DNA of 58,494 nt from an uncultured bacterium (lineage in GTDB: Bacteria > UBA8481). This document shows positions 9,599 through 22,800 of the stretch, piece by piece. The notes under the pieces were generated by a model. It worked only from the letters and a program-made list of their open reading frames with translations. It was not told the DNA's origin and searched no databases. The position numbers were made by a program, and so were the translations under genes. Each line of letters starts with the position of its first letter. Position 1 is the first letter of the stretch. The DNA lies in the NCBI GenBank assembly GCA_964499705.1, contig CAZCME010000010.1, positions 86,280 to 144,773 of the forward strand, read 5' to 3'.

Positions 9599-9684
9599 GA
9601 TCGCATGATAGGACGCGCGGCCGCTTGAAGCGACGACTACGTGAGACGCGGCGCCGGCGGAAATGGGCATCAAGACGACAACAG

Positions 9685-9911
9685 GGCTGGAGACAGGGCC
9701 GCAGGTGCTGTCATGGCCTCCGACGCCTTCTTTCCGTTTTCCGACGGGATCGAGAACGCGAAAGGAGTCACGGCCGTCATTCAGCCCGGAGGATCGATCC
9801 GGGACGACGAAGTGATCGCGGCGGCCGATCAGTTGGGAATGGCGCTTGTGTTCACGGGAGTGCGGCACTTCAGGCACTGAGAAATTCGATCATCACGAAT
9901 CACGGACCGCA
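9685..9911 (+). pseudogene. purH: Duplicated purH 3' fragment (copy 2 of the 227-bp repeat)
   Basis: Encodes the same C-terminal ~64 aa (AGDRAAG...RHFRH) without the rest of the gene. Confidence 0.85.
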
Positions 9912-9929
9912 GAAGGTAAGGCGCGGAGT

Positions 9930-10871
9930 TTACTCGCTCTTCGTTTCTCCGAATTGCGCGGTGACAGAGATGCGATGGGCGGGGCCGGTCGCGTTATAAT
10001 CCACCCAGGCGTAATCGAACATCAGGCTCTTGTATTTCACTCCGATTCCGGCTGAGACGCCTGAACCGAGGTCGTTCCTGGAGTTGTAACCGCCGCGGAT
10101 GAAGAGATTGTCCACGAGACGGAGATCTCCTCCCACCTTCCAGTCCGGATTCTGATTTCTCGGCCAGGCGACTTCGGCGGAGAGGCGGAGGCGTTCCATC
10201 ACAAGCGAGCTTGCGCCGACCGCATATTCAAGCGGAAGCTTCTCGTTGTCGCGATCAAACTTGACGGTACCTCCGAGGTGGCGCGCCACGACGCCCAGCT
10301 CCGTCTGCGGGAATTTCCTCGGCCGGTAGTGGAGACCGACATTGGCGGACCCGGAAGTCCGCGATGCGTCGTCGATGTTCTCCTGGAAGAGCCGCGCCTC
10401 GACGCCGATGGAGAAGGACTGGCCGAGAGGCGCGGCCAGCGCCAGTGATCCGGTCCAGGCGTCGGCGTCGAAGGATCCCGCGCCGTTCGGGCGGGAGATC
10501 GTGCGGCGGGTGAAGTTTCCCTGGTCGAGATAGTTGAGCGAAGCGCCGATGCGGAAGGAACCGAGCTGCGTCGCGCCGGCGATGTACTCGCTGCGGATGT
10601 CCGAGAGATATTCGTTGTGCTGGAGCATGATTTCCGAGCGTTCCATCCATCGCAGGCCAGCGGGATTGTACGGCATGACCTCGATGCTTCCGCTCCGGCC
10701 GGCGTACGCTTCGCCCTGGGCCGCAGCGGCGGCTCCATTGCCAAGGCGCAGAAAGTCCGCGGCGTTCGAACCGGCGTCGCCCAGTTCGGCGCGCGACTGT
10801 GTTGTCGTGGCAAGAAGCGCCGCCGCGACGCACGCCGCGTGGATCAGCCTGTAGTTTCTCATGCGGATCAT
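9930..10871 (-). CDS. PorV/PorQ-like (UPF0164) outer-membrane beta-barrel protein
   Basis: Signal peptide; ADFLRLGNGAAAAAQGEAY..YNPAGL N-terminal motif; alternating beta-strands; FDYA...HRISVTAQF C-terminus; overlaps the stop of the giant gene. Confidence 0.75.
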   Translation of the reverse strand: MIRMRNYRLIHAACVAAALLATTTQSRAELGDAGSNAADFLRLGNGAAAAAQGEAYAGRSGSIEVMPYNPAGLRWMERSEIMLQHNEYLSDIRSEYIAGATQLGSFRIGASLNYLDQGNFTRRTISRPNGAGSFDADAWTGSLALAAPLGQSFSIGVEARLFQENIDDASRTSGSANVGLHYRPRKFPQTELGVVARHLGGTVKFDRDNEKLPLEYAVGASSLVMERLRLSAEVAWPRNQNPDWKVGGDLRLVDNLFIRGGYNSRNDLGSGVSAGIGVKYKSLMFDYAWVDYNATGPAHRISVTAQFGETKSE

Positions 10872-13800
10872 CGGATCACCGCGATCTTGTCGACGAGGCG
10901 TGTGCCGTTCGGAGCCTCGACGATGACGACATAGACACCTGAAGCCAGAGGCCTGTTAAAGTCGTTCCGGACGTCCCACTGGTATGTTCCGGATGCGCCG
11001 ACCTGGCGCTCCGTCACCCGTTCGCCGAGGGTTGTGAAGACGCGGATCTTGGAGCCTGCCGGGACGTTGTCCATCAGGATGCCCGTCGTCAGGTCACCGG
11101 AGACATATTCGCGACCATTGTCCGCGCTGTTGTCGTTCGGGCGGAACGGATTCGGATAGATGACGATTCCTGTCGCGTTCGTCGCCGTGGAGACACCTAC
11201 GAGAGTGAAGATGGTCAGGTGCCGGACGCGCGTCGTCACGACGTTGCGCTCCTCATCGTGCGCGGCGTCCGGAACGAGGATCCACTTCCCGAACTGCTCG
11301 TCGAGGTAGTACATCTGGAGCGTATTCTCGCGGACGTTGGTGCCGTCGACATAGCCGTCGGCGTTCGTGTCCGGGTACGTGATCGAGATCTGGATCCACG
11401 TGTCGAGGTTGTGGAGATATTCGCCCGTTCTCGTGTTTCTGATGAGGAACTGGTGCTCGGGGCGAACCATGATGGGCAGAACGGTGCGGCCCGGATTGTT
11501 CCCCATCTCGACGTTGGCGTCATCCGTCTTGAACTTCAAGGGCTCGGTCTCGACCGCGTAATCGAAGTAGGGCTCGACCATCAAGCGCCACTCGTCGGTG
11601 TCATAGTGGCCGTTCGGGATGATCATGATGCCTTCGGACTGCGTCGTGTCGCGGCGGCCGACGATGACGGTCGGGTCGGAGTCGCCGCCGGTGATGATCG
11701 TGATCGGGTAGAAGGTCTCGCCGCGGAGCGTGACCTTCAGCCAGAGCTGAGCGTTTTCGACGCGATTGTAGTAATAGACCGTCGAGTCCTTGCTGAGGAA
11801 CGTGCGGAATTCCGTGAAGCGGCCCGTTCCACCGATTGAGTCGATGATCTCCGCCGTGAACGGCTCGCCGTCCAGGCCCGGCTGCGTGTCGCCATTTCCG
11901 TTCGTCGGGACGAAGTAGAAGCGGTAGGTGTCGGAGCCGACCTTCTCGCGGAAGACGGCGATCTGCTGGAGCGAACCGGTGAAGACGCTCTGGATCGTGA
12001 CCACGGACGTCCGGGTGTCGGTTGTGTCATTCGCATCGGTGTAGAGCACGAGGATGGTGTCGGTAATCCGGACGTTCAGGATGCCGGATCCCGAGAGCGA
12101 ATCGGCCGGATCCTTCGAGAGGACCATGCCGTTGACGTCGAAGACGCCGGAATTGGAGTCGGTCTCGAGGAGCACAAGTGTTTCCGTCTCGCCGGTGCGC
12201 GGATTCGTCAGGACGACAGTAATCGTGTCTCGGATGAAGGCGCTCTTGTTCTCGTCCGTGTCGGTCACGATCGGGAAGGTGCTGTCGCCCACTTTGACTC
12301 CGGCGGTGACGAGGAGGCTCGACAGGACCGGCGCGACCTGCGCGGAGATTCCCGTCGAGATGGCGCTGTCGTTCGGATCGGTCGGGTCGACATAGCGGAC
12401 CGTGATCGTGTCGCCGGCCAGCGAATAGAGCGTGTCGTTGTCGACGGAATCGGACGGCAGATACGAGAGGAAGATCGATGTAACGTCGAAGATACCGGAG
12501 TTGGAATCGGTCTCGTAAAGGACGAGAATCTCCGTCTCGCCCGTCCGCGAGTTCGTCACCGTGACGGTGATCGTGTCGATCCTCGAACCATTCAGGTTCT
12601 GGTCGCTGTCGGTGACGATCGGCGTCAGGCTGTCGCCGATCTTGACGGTGTTGACGAAGAGCCCGGCGGAGGCGACGGAGTCGATGAAGACGGAGAACGG
12701 CCCGCCGGTGATGGAGTCGTTCGGGTCGTTCGGATCGACATAGCGGACGGTGATCGTGTCGCCCGCGAGCGCGTAGATCGTGTCGTTGTCGACGGAGTCG
12801 CCGGTGCGCGTCGTGACGAAGATCCGGGTCACGTCGAAGATGCCGGAGTTGGAATCGGTCTCGTAGAGGATGATGATCTCCGTCTCGCCCGTGCGGCTGT
12901 TCGTGATCGTGACGGCGATCGTGTCGATGCGGTTGCCATCCAGGTTCTGGTCGGTGTCGCGAATGACCGGGACGATGGAGTCGCCGGACTTGACGCTCTG
13001 GGGGAACGTGCCGCTCGATGCGGCCGTGTCGTTGTAGACGGAGAACGGCCCGCCGGTCTGAGAATCATTCGGATCGGTCGGATCGACGTAGCGGACGGTG
13101 ATCGTATCGCCGGGACGCGCGTAAAGCGTGTCGTTGTCGACGGAATCGCCCGGGACAGGTGTGACGTAGATGCGTGTCACGTCGAAGATGCCGGAGTTGG
13201 AGTCGGTCTCGTAGAGGATGATGATCTCCGTCTCGCCCGTGCGCTGATTCGTGATCGTGACGGCGATTGTGTCGACCCTGTTGCCATTCAGGTTCTGATC
13301 GGTGTCGCGGATGATCGGGACGATCGAGTCGCCGGACTTGACGTTCGGCGGGAAGTCGCCCGTCGAGATCGAGGAATCGAGATACGACGTGGCCGGCCCG
13401 CCCGTATACGAATCATTCGGATCGGTCGGATCGACGTAGCGGACCGTGATCGTGTCGCCGGCCAGGACGAAGAGCGTGTCGTTGTCGACAGAATCGCCGG
13501 GCAGGCCGGTGACGAAGATCCTCGTGACATCAAAGGAACCGGAGTTCGAATCGGTCTCGAAGAGGATGATGATCTCCGTCTCGCCGGTGCGATGGTTCGT
13601 CACCGTGACGGGGATAGTGTCGATCCGCGTGCCGTCGAGATTCTGGTCGGTGTCGTGAACGAGCGGGACGATGCTGTCGCCGATCTTCACCGCGGGCGGA
13701 ATCACGCCCGATGCGACGCTCGACTCGAGATAGACGGAGAACGGTCCGCCGGTCAGAGAGTCTGTCGGATCGGTTGGATCGATATAGCGGACCGTGATTG

Positions 13801-16800
13801 TATCGCCGGCGCGCCCGTAGAGCGTGTCGTTGTCGACGGAATCTCCGGGCAACTCCGTCAGATAGATCCGCGTAACGTCGAAGATTCCAGAGTTGGAGTC
13901 GGTCTCGTAGAGGATGATGATCTCCGTCTCGCCCGTGCGGTTGTTCGTGATCGTGACCGCGATCGTGTCGATCCGGTTGGCGTCGAGATTCTGGTCGGTG
14001 TCGCGGACGATCGGGACGATCGAATCGCCGGACTTGACGCTCGGCGGGAATGTACCCGTGGAGAGTGTCGAATCGATATAAACGGAGAACGGTCCGCCTG
14101 TGACGGAATCCGTCGGATCGGTTGGATCGATATAGCGGACCGTGATTGTATCGCCGGCGCGCCCGTNNNNNNNNNNNNNNNNNNNNNNNNNNNNNNNNNN
14201 NNNNNNNNNNNNNNNNNNNNNNNNNNNNNNNNNNNNNNNNNNNNNNNNNNNNNNNNNNNNNNNNNNAGAGCGTGTCGTTGTCGACGGACTCGGAGGGGTT
14301 CTCGCGGAGATAGACGCGCGTGACGTCGAAGATTCCGGAATTGGAATCGGTCTCGTAGAGGATGACGATCTCCGTCTCGCCGGTGCGGTTGTTCGTGATC
14401 GTCACAGTGATCGTGTCGATTCGCGTGCCGTTCGTATTTTGATCGGAGTCCGTGATAATCGGGACGATGCTGTCGCCGGATTTGACGCTCGGCGGGAAGA
14501 TGCCGGAAGAAGGCGCTGTGTCCCAGTAAGCGCGGATGTCGCCGGAGATGAGCGAGTCGGTCGCGTGGTTGCGATCGACGTACCGGATCGTCAGCGTGTC
14601 CGCCGGAGCGGCGAACATGATCCCGGTGCTGCTCGTGGAATCGGAGAGATTGTTCGTGATGTTGATCGCGGCGGAATCGAAGACTCCGGAGTTCGAATCG
14701 GTCTCGATCAAGGTGAGCGTTTCCGTCTCGCCCGTCCGGTTGTTGGTGATCGTGATGATCGCGGTCTCGCGGACGAGGCCGTTCCGGTTCTCGTCGGTGT
14801 CGGTGATGTAAGGTGTAATGGAGCCTCCGACAAGAACGGTCGTCGGGAACGTTCCGACCGACGTCGTCGTATCCCAATAAGCGAGGATGTTCGTGACGGT
14901 GATCGAGTCGGTGGCGACGGCGGCATCCTGGTAGTCGAACCGGAGCGTATCGCCGGCGACGGCGTAGATCTTCGTCGAGCCGGAAGCCGAGTCGATTGCA
15001 AGCGGAGAGACCGTGAGCGTTGCGACATCGAAGATGTTCGAGTTGGAGTCGGTTTCCGTCAACGTCAGAGTTTCCGTCTCGCCGGTCCGGTTGTTCGTGA
15101 TCGTCACCGCGATCGTTTCGCGGAGAAGACCATTCTTGTTCCTGTCGCTGTCGGTGACGGCCGGCGCGAGCGAATCGCCGAACTTCACGGACGACGCGAT
15201 CGTGGCCGCGGCGTTGACCGTGTCGTTGTAGAGGACGATTCCGTTCGACGATATCGAGTCGGTCGCCTGGTTCCGATCGACGTAGCGAACGACGAGCGTA
15301 TCGGCGGGAAGGCCGAAGATCGTCCCGGAACCGGATGTGGAGTCGTTGCCATTCCTCGAGACCGTGAGCGTCGCGACATTGAAGACGCCGGAGTTCGAAT
15401 CGGTTTCCGTGAGCGTGAGGTTTTCCGTCTCGCCCGTGCGGAAGTTCGTGATCGTGACGGTCGCTGTCTCCTTGATGAGCCCGTTCCGGTTCTCGTCGGA
15501 GTCGGTGATGATCGGGTTGACCGAGTCGCCGATCTTGACGGCGATCGGGAAGACGCCCGAAGACGGTGTCGTATCCCAGTAGGCGTTGATGCCGCCTGAC
15601 GTGAGGGAGTCGATTGCATGGTTTCGATCGACGTAGCGGACCGTCAGCGTGTCGGAAGGAACGGCGAAGATCGTGCCGCTGCCGCTTGTGGAATCGGTCG
15701 CGTTGTTCGTGACGGAGAGAGCGGCCGAGTCGAAGACGCCGGAGTTCGAGTCGGTCTCGATGAGCGTCATCGTCTCCGTCTCGCCGGTGCGCGTGTTCGT
15801 CACGATGACCGTCGCTGTCTCGCGCAGGAGGCCATTGCTGTTCTCGTCCGTGTCCGTGATGTATGGCGTGAGCGTTCCGCCGACGAGGACGGATATCGGG
15901 AACGTGCCGACCGCCGTCGAAGTATCCCAGTAGACGGTCGTGGTATTGAAGTTGAACGAGTCGGCAGCGTGCGTCTTGTCGACGTAGCGGGCCGTGAAGG
16001 TGTCGCCCGCGACGCCGTAGATCGTTCCGGATCCCGTCGCGGAATCGGACGCGTTCGGAGAAACCGTCAGCGTGCCGACGTCGAAGGTGTTGGAGTTCGA
16101 ATCCGTCTCCATCAGGACGAGCGACTCCGTCTCGCCGGTGCGATCGTTCGTGATCGTGACGGTCACAGTCTCCTTCACGAGACCGCTCGCGTTCTCGTCG
16201 GAGTCCGTCAGGATCGGATTGAGCGAATCGCCGAACTTGACGGCTGTCGGGAGCGTGCCGCTCGCGAAGACCGTGTCGTTCCGGACGACGATCACGGCGG
16301 ACGTGATCGAGTCGGGCGAGTAGGTCGGATCGATGTAGCGGATCGTGAAGGTGTCGCCGGGGAGCGCGTATATCGGGCCGGAGCCGGTCGTCGAATCGGC
16401 CGCGTTCCTGGAAACGGAGATCGTCGCGGTATCGAAGAAGGATGAATTCGCGCCCGATTCGAAGAGAACGAGCGACTCCGTTTCGCCGGTGCGGTTGTTC
16501 GTGATCGTGACGGTAACTGTCTCCTGAAGAGTGATGTTCGTGTTTTGATCCGTATCGATGATCAGCGGCGTCATTCCGCTCCCGAGGATCGCGGAATCGG
16601 GGAAGGAGCCCTGAGCATTGGTGTTGCTCACGGTGATCGTGATCGTCGGGGAGTTGAAGGAATCCGTGGACTGGTTCGCGTCGACGTAGCGCGCCGTGAG
16701 CGTGTCGCCGTTGACGACGTAGATCGTGTCCGTCATCGAGAGTGAATCTGCGGCAAGGCCGGAAGTCTTGATCGTCGTGACGTCGAAGACGCCGGAGTTC

Positions 16801-19800
16801 GAATCGGTCTCGAGGAGCGTGATGATCTCCGTCTCGCCCGAGCGATTGTTCGTGACGGTGATCGTGATCGTATCGCGGATCGTTCCGTTCCGGTTCTCGT
16901 CCGTGTCGGTGACGACCGGCGCGAAGGAATCACCCTGCAGAACCGTGGCGGGGAAGACGCCGCTCGCGTTGGTGGAGTCATTCAAAACATTGATCGCCGA
17001 CGACGTCACGGAGTCGGTGGCGAAGGTCGCGTCGATGTAGCGGATCGTCAACGTATCTCCCGGTACGCCGTAGAGCGTCCCGGAACTCGTCAGCGAATCG
17101 GAGGCGTTCCGGGAGACGACGATCGTCGCCGTGTCGAAGACGCCGGAGTTCATGCCGATCTCGAAGAGCGTCCAGGCTTCCGTTTCGCCCGTGCGGTTGT
17201 TTGTGACCGTGACGATGAGCGTCTCCTGGAGCGTGCCGTTCGTGTTGACGTCGGTGTCGCGTATCGTCGGAGAGAGACTGTCGCCGAGGATGACAAAGGA
17301 CTGGAACGTGCCGGACGAGGTTGACTCGCCGAAGACCACGTTGATCGTTCCGGACGTCGAGGAGTCCGTAGCAGTCTGCGTGTCGGCGTAGCGGATCGTC
17401 AGTGTGTCGCCGGCGATGATGCGGAGCGTTCCGGAGAGGGAGAGGGAATCAGAGAGACTCGTCGAGGTCGGCAGCGATGTGACGTTGAAGACGCCGCTGT
17501 TCGAGTCGGTCTCCGCAAGCACGAGAAGTTCCGTCTCGCCCGTCTTGTTGTTCGTGACGAGAACGACGACGGTGTCGATCTTCGTGCCGTTCACGTTGCA
17601 ATCCGTGTCGCGGATGACAGGGGAGAGCGACATGCCGGGTTCGAGCGAGGACGGGAAGGTGCCGTTGGACGTTGTCTCGCCCCAGACGACGAGGATGTTG
17701 CCGGAGCGGGACGAGTCGGTTGCGGTTTGAGTATCGACGTAGACGATCGAGAGCGTATCCGCGGGCAGGACGCGGAGCGTTCCGGAGAGCGAAAGCGAAT
17801 CGGCGAGGTTGGTGGAGGTCTGCAGCCTGAGCGTGTTGAACTCGCCGCTGCTGGAGTCGGTCTCTGTGAGCGTCAGCAGTTCCGTCTCGCCGGTTCGGTT
17901 GTTCGTGACGAGAACGACGACGGTATCCGTGAGCGACGCATTCGTGTTCGCGTCCGTGTCGCGGATCGTGGTCGGGAGCGACGCGCCCGGCTCGATCGTC
18001 GTCGGGAATGTTCCCGAGGAAGCCGTCTCCGGCCAGACGACGGTGATGACTCCGGAAGTAACCGAGTCCGTCGGCGTCTGCGTGTCGGCGTAGCGGATCG
18101 TAAGCGTGTCTCCGGGAAGAGCGCGGAGCGTTCCGGAGAGCGAGAGCGAATCTGCGAGGCTGGTCGTCGTCGGCAAAGTGACGGTGTTGAACTCGCCGCT
18201 GTTTACGGCGAGCTCGGTCAGGACCACGAGTTCCGTTTCGCCCGTGCGGTTGTTCGTAACGAGGACGACGACCGTGTCGGTCATCGTGCCGATGGTGTTC
18301 GCGTCAGAGTCGCGAATCGTTGCCGAGAGCGACTGGAAGGGCGAGATCGACGAGGGGAACGTGCCCGAGGCGTTCGTCTCGCCGAAGCCGACGTTGATAT
18401 TGCCGGAGACCGAGGAATCGGTGGCGGTCTGGGTGTCGGCGTAGCGGATCGAGAGCGTGTCGCCCGGGATTATGCGGAGAGTCCCGGAGAGCGGGAGAGA
18501 ATCGCCGAGGCCGGTCGATGTCGGGAGCGTGACCGTGTTGAAGACGCCGCTGTTCGAGTCGGTCTCCGTGAGCGTCAGCAGTTCCGACTCACCCGTGCGG
18601 TTGTTCGTGATGAGAACGACGAGCGTATCGATCTTCGTGCCGTTCACATTGGCGTCGGTGTCGCGGATCGTGGTCGGGAGCGAAAGTCCCGGCTCGATCG
18701 TCGTCGGATACGTGGCCGCATGCGTCGTCTCGCTCCATGCGACGAGGATATTGCCGGAGCGGGACGAGTCGGTGCCGGTCTGCGTGTCGATGTAGACGAT
18801 CGCGAGCGTGTCTCCGGGCAGAACACGGAGCGTTCCGGAGAGCGAGAGCGAATCCGCGAGGTTCGTCGTTGTCGGGAGCGTGACCGTGGTGAACTCGCCG
18901 CTGTTCGATCCGACTTCCGTCAGCGTCAGTAATTCGGTTTCACCGGTGCGATTGTTCGTGATGAGGACCACAACGGTGTCGGTCATCGTGCCGATCGTGT
19001 TGGCGTCCGTGTCGCGGATCGTTCCGCTCAGCGCGCCGTACGGCTCGATCGTCGTCGGGAATGTGCCCGATGAGGAAGTCTCCGGCCAGACGACGAGGAT
19101 AAGGCCCGACGTGACCGAGTCGGTGGCGGTCTGCGTGTCGGCGTAGCGGACCGTGAGCGTGTCGCCAGGGAGAACGCGGAGCGTGCCGGAGAGCGAGAGG
19201 GAATCGCCGAGGCTGATCGTTGTCGGCAGTGTCACCGTGTTGAACTCGCCGCTGTTCGTTCCGACTTCGGTCAGCGTCAGCAATTCGGTCTCGCCGGTGC
19301 GATTGTTCGTGACGAGCACGACGACCGTGTCGGTCATCGTCCCGATGGTATTAGCGTCGGTGTCGCGAATCGTCGAGGCGAGACCTTGCCCCGGGGCGAC
19401 CGTAGCCGGGAAGGACCCGGATGCGTTCGTCTCGCCAAAGACGACGGCAATGTTGCCGGAGACGGACGAGTCGATCGCGGTCTGCGTATCGGCGTAACGG
19501 ATCGAGAGCGTGTCGCCGGGCAGGACGCGAAGCGTTCCAGTGAGCGAGAGCGAATCTCCGAGGCCCGTCGACGTCGGGAGCTTCACCGTGTTGAACTCGC
19601 CGCTGTTGACGCCGCTCTCGGTCAGCGTCAGAAGCTCGATCTCGCCCGTGCGATTGTTGGTCACCAGGACGACGAGCGTATCGATAAGCGTGCCGTCGAT
19701 ATTCGCGTCCGTGTCGCGGATCGTCGTGGGCAGTGAAAGTCCGGGCTCGATCGTCGTTGGATATGTCGACGTATGCGTCGTCTCGCCCCACGCGACGATA

Positions 19801-22800
19801 ATGTTGCCGGACGTGGTCGAGTCCGTCGCGGTCTGCGTATCGGCGTATCGGATGGTCAGCGTATCGCCAGGAATCACGCGAAGCGTTCCGGAAAGCGAAA
19901 GCGAATCCGCGAGATTCGTCGTCGTCGGCAGAGTGACTGTGTTGAACTCGCCGCTGTTGGTACCGACTTCCGTGAAAGTCACAAGCTCCGTCTCGCCCGT
20001 GCGATTGTTCGTGACGAGAACGACGACGGTGTCGACGATGAGACCGCTGGCGTTGGCGTCGGTGTCGCGGATCGTTCCGCCCAAGGCGACGAAGGGCTGG
20101 AGCGTCGACGGGAATGTGCCCGAAGAGGCGGTCTCCGGCCAGACGACATTGATTGGCGCGGACGTGACGGAGTCGGTCGGTGTCTGTGTGTCGACATACA
20201 CGATGGTGAGGGTATCGCCCGGCAGAACGCGCAATGTTCCCGAGAGAGACAGTGAGTCGGACAGTCCCGTCGAGGTGGCCAGAACGAGCGTGTTGAAGAC
20301 GCCGGTGTTCGTGTCCGACTCGTTCAGGACGAGAAGTTCCGTCTCTCCGGTCCTGTTGTTCGTGACGAGGACGATGACGGTATCGATCCGGGAACCGCCG
20401 GTATTCGCGTCCGTGTCGCGGATCGTTGCTCCGAGGCCCTGGCCGGGCGCGATGGAAGTCGGGAAGGTGCCGGAACAAGTCGTCTCGCCGAAGATGACAT
20501 TGATGACGCCGGAAGTTGTGGAGTCGGTCGGCGTCTGGGTGTCGGCGTAACGAATCGTGAGCGTATCGCCGGGCGTCATGTAGAGAATGCCTGACTGCGG
20601 AACGATGTCCAGAATCAATCCGGACGTCGGCAATGAGGTCGTATTGAAGACACCCGAATTCGAATCGGTCTCCGTCAGGACGAGCAATTCGTTGTCGGTA
20701 TTGGTGTTGTTTGTCACGACGACGACGACGGTGTCGATCTTCGTGCCGTTGACGTTCGCGTCCGTGTCATGGATCGTGGGAGAGATCGCATCGCCCGGCT
20801 GCCGGAAGCTCGGGAATGTTCCCGACGACGTCGTCTCGGCCCAGGCAACGGTAATGTTCGGTGACGTCACCGAATCCGTCGCGGTCTGCGTGTCGACGTA
20901 AACGACGCTCAACGTGTCGCCCGGGAGAACGCGGAGCGTACCCGAGAGCGAAATCGAATCCGCGAGGCCCGTCGAGGTCGGCAATGTCAATGTATTGAAC
21001 TCGCCGCTGTTGGCGCCCACTTCGTTCAGGACCAGCAGTTCCGTCTCGCCCGTCCGATTGTTCGTGACGAGAACGATGACCGTGTCCGTCCGAAACGCGC
21101 TCGTGTTGACGTCCGTGTCGCGGATTGTGCCCCCAAGTCCCGCAAACGGCTCGATCGTCGTCGGGAATGTTCCAGAGGAAGTCGTCTCCGCCCAGAATGC
21201 GGTGATCGGTCCCAGCGTCAGCGAGTCCGTCGCGTAGTCGACGTCGACGTAACGGACCGTGATTGTGTCGCCGGGGAGAACGTGAATCGGCAGACCAACG
21301 CCGGAATCAGCGGCGGAGACGGACGTCGTGACGGAACCCGAGAAAGCCGCCGACGTGGCGGAGGTTTCCGTCAGGACGAGAGTTCCCGTTTCGCCCGATC
21401 GATTGTTCGTCACCGTCACGGCTACGGTCTCCACGGAAGCGGAGAGCGTGTTCCGGTTTCCGTCCGTGATGACGTTAGTGACAGCCTGGCCGAGGAAGAG
21501 CGGGCTGCCGAGCGTGCCCGTCGCAGTCGTTGCGGCGGGAACGGTCGTGTACGGCCCGATCGTGAAACTGTCGGTCGCGTCGTTCTTGTCCTGGTAGGAG
21601 ATGAGAAGCGTGTCGCCGTTCAGGAGCATCAGTTTTCCGGAACCGGTCAGCGAGTCGGCCAGGAGTTGCGACATCGGGAAGGAGTTCGTCTCGAATCCAC
21701 CCGCGGCGACAGCCGTCTCAAAGAGGATCGCGATCTCCGTCTCGCCCGTCCTGCCGTTCGTCAGGATGACGCGGACGGTGTCGATCGCGCCCGCCGTGGC
21801 GTTCTCATCCCAGTCGCTGACGCGAACCCGGATCGAGTCGCTGGAGGACTGCGACGTGATGACCGCGCCGGCTGCATTGATAAGCCAACCCGCGCCCGTG
21901 GCGCCGATCGGCGTTCCCGAATCGTAGGACGAATCCGTCGGAGCGTTCGGATCGACATACGTGCAGGTGATGACGGACGGGAGATTGACGAAGATGATCG
22001 TGTCCTGGCCGGCGACTCCGGAATCGGTGACGAAGAGTCCGAGCGTCCAGCGGAAGATGCTCGTGTTGTTCGCCGATTCCTCGATGGTGATGATCTCCGT
22101 GTCGGCCTGCGTTGTGAAGACCGTGACCTGGACGGTATCTTTCGCGTTCGGATTCGTGTTCCGGTTCCGGTCGATGACCTCGATGTAGAGGTAGCTGCCG
22201 AGCGGAAATGTCTCCGTCGTCGTGAACGCGGCGTTGCAGATGCGGACCGCGCTGACGCCGTATCCGATGACGTCGACCGAATCGGAGCGGACATCTGATG
22301 CGTCGTACGGATCCGTCGATATGACGGTCAGCCTGTGCGGCAGCGTCGCGTAGATCTTGCCCGTGTTGGAGATGGAGTCGGCGACGTTCGTCTCCGACGG
22401 GATGAATCCGAAGAACGTGTCGGAGTTGGCGGAGAGTTCTGTCAGTGTGACGGGTTCCGTTTCTCCGGAGTTCGTGTTCGTCAGGATAAGGATGAAGGTC
22501 TCCGTCGCAAGGACGTCGCGGTTCCGGTTGGAATCGATGAGCCGGATGCCGATCGTGTCGCCCTCGGAGACAAGTACGACCGGCAAAGATCCGAGCGGAT
22601 CGGTGATCTTGAGGACGGCGGTTGCGAGCGCGGGAACGACGGTGATCGTCGTGGAGACGAGCGAGTCCTGAGACGAGAGCGGATCGGTGTAGCGGACCGT
22701 GAGCGTATCTCCCGGGCGAACGTAGAGCGTGGCCGTGTTGGAGAGGGAATCGGCGATATTCGTCGACGTCGTCAGATTCGACGTGTCGAAGACGAAGCTC

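Noticed and set aside
9599-9877. N-terminal extension of the aminotransferase ORF
   Set aside because: Antisense read-through of the duplicated purH fragment
13530-14166. Arg-rich C-terminal tail of the 5800-aa ORF and a separate 994-aa gene starting at 13852
   Set aside because: Artefact of the 100-N gap shifting the frame; the flanks join in frame as one gene
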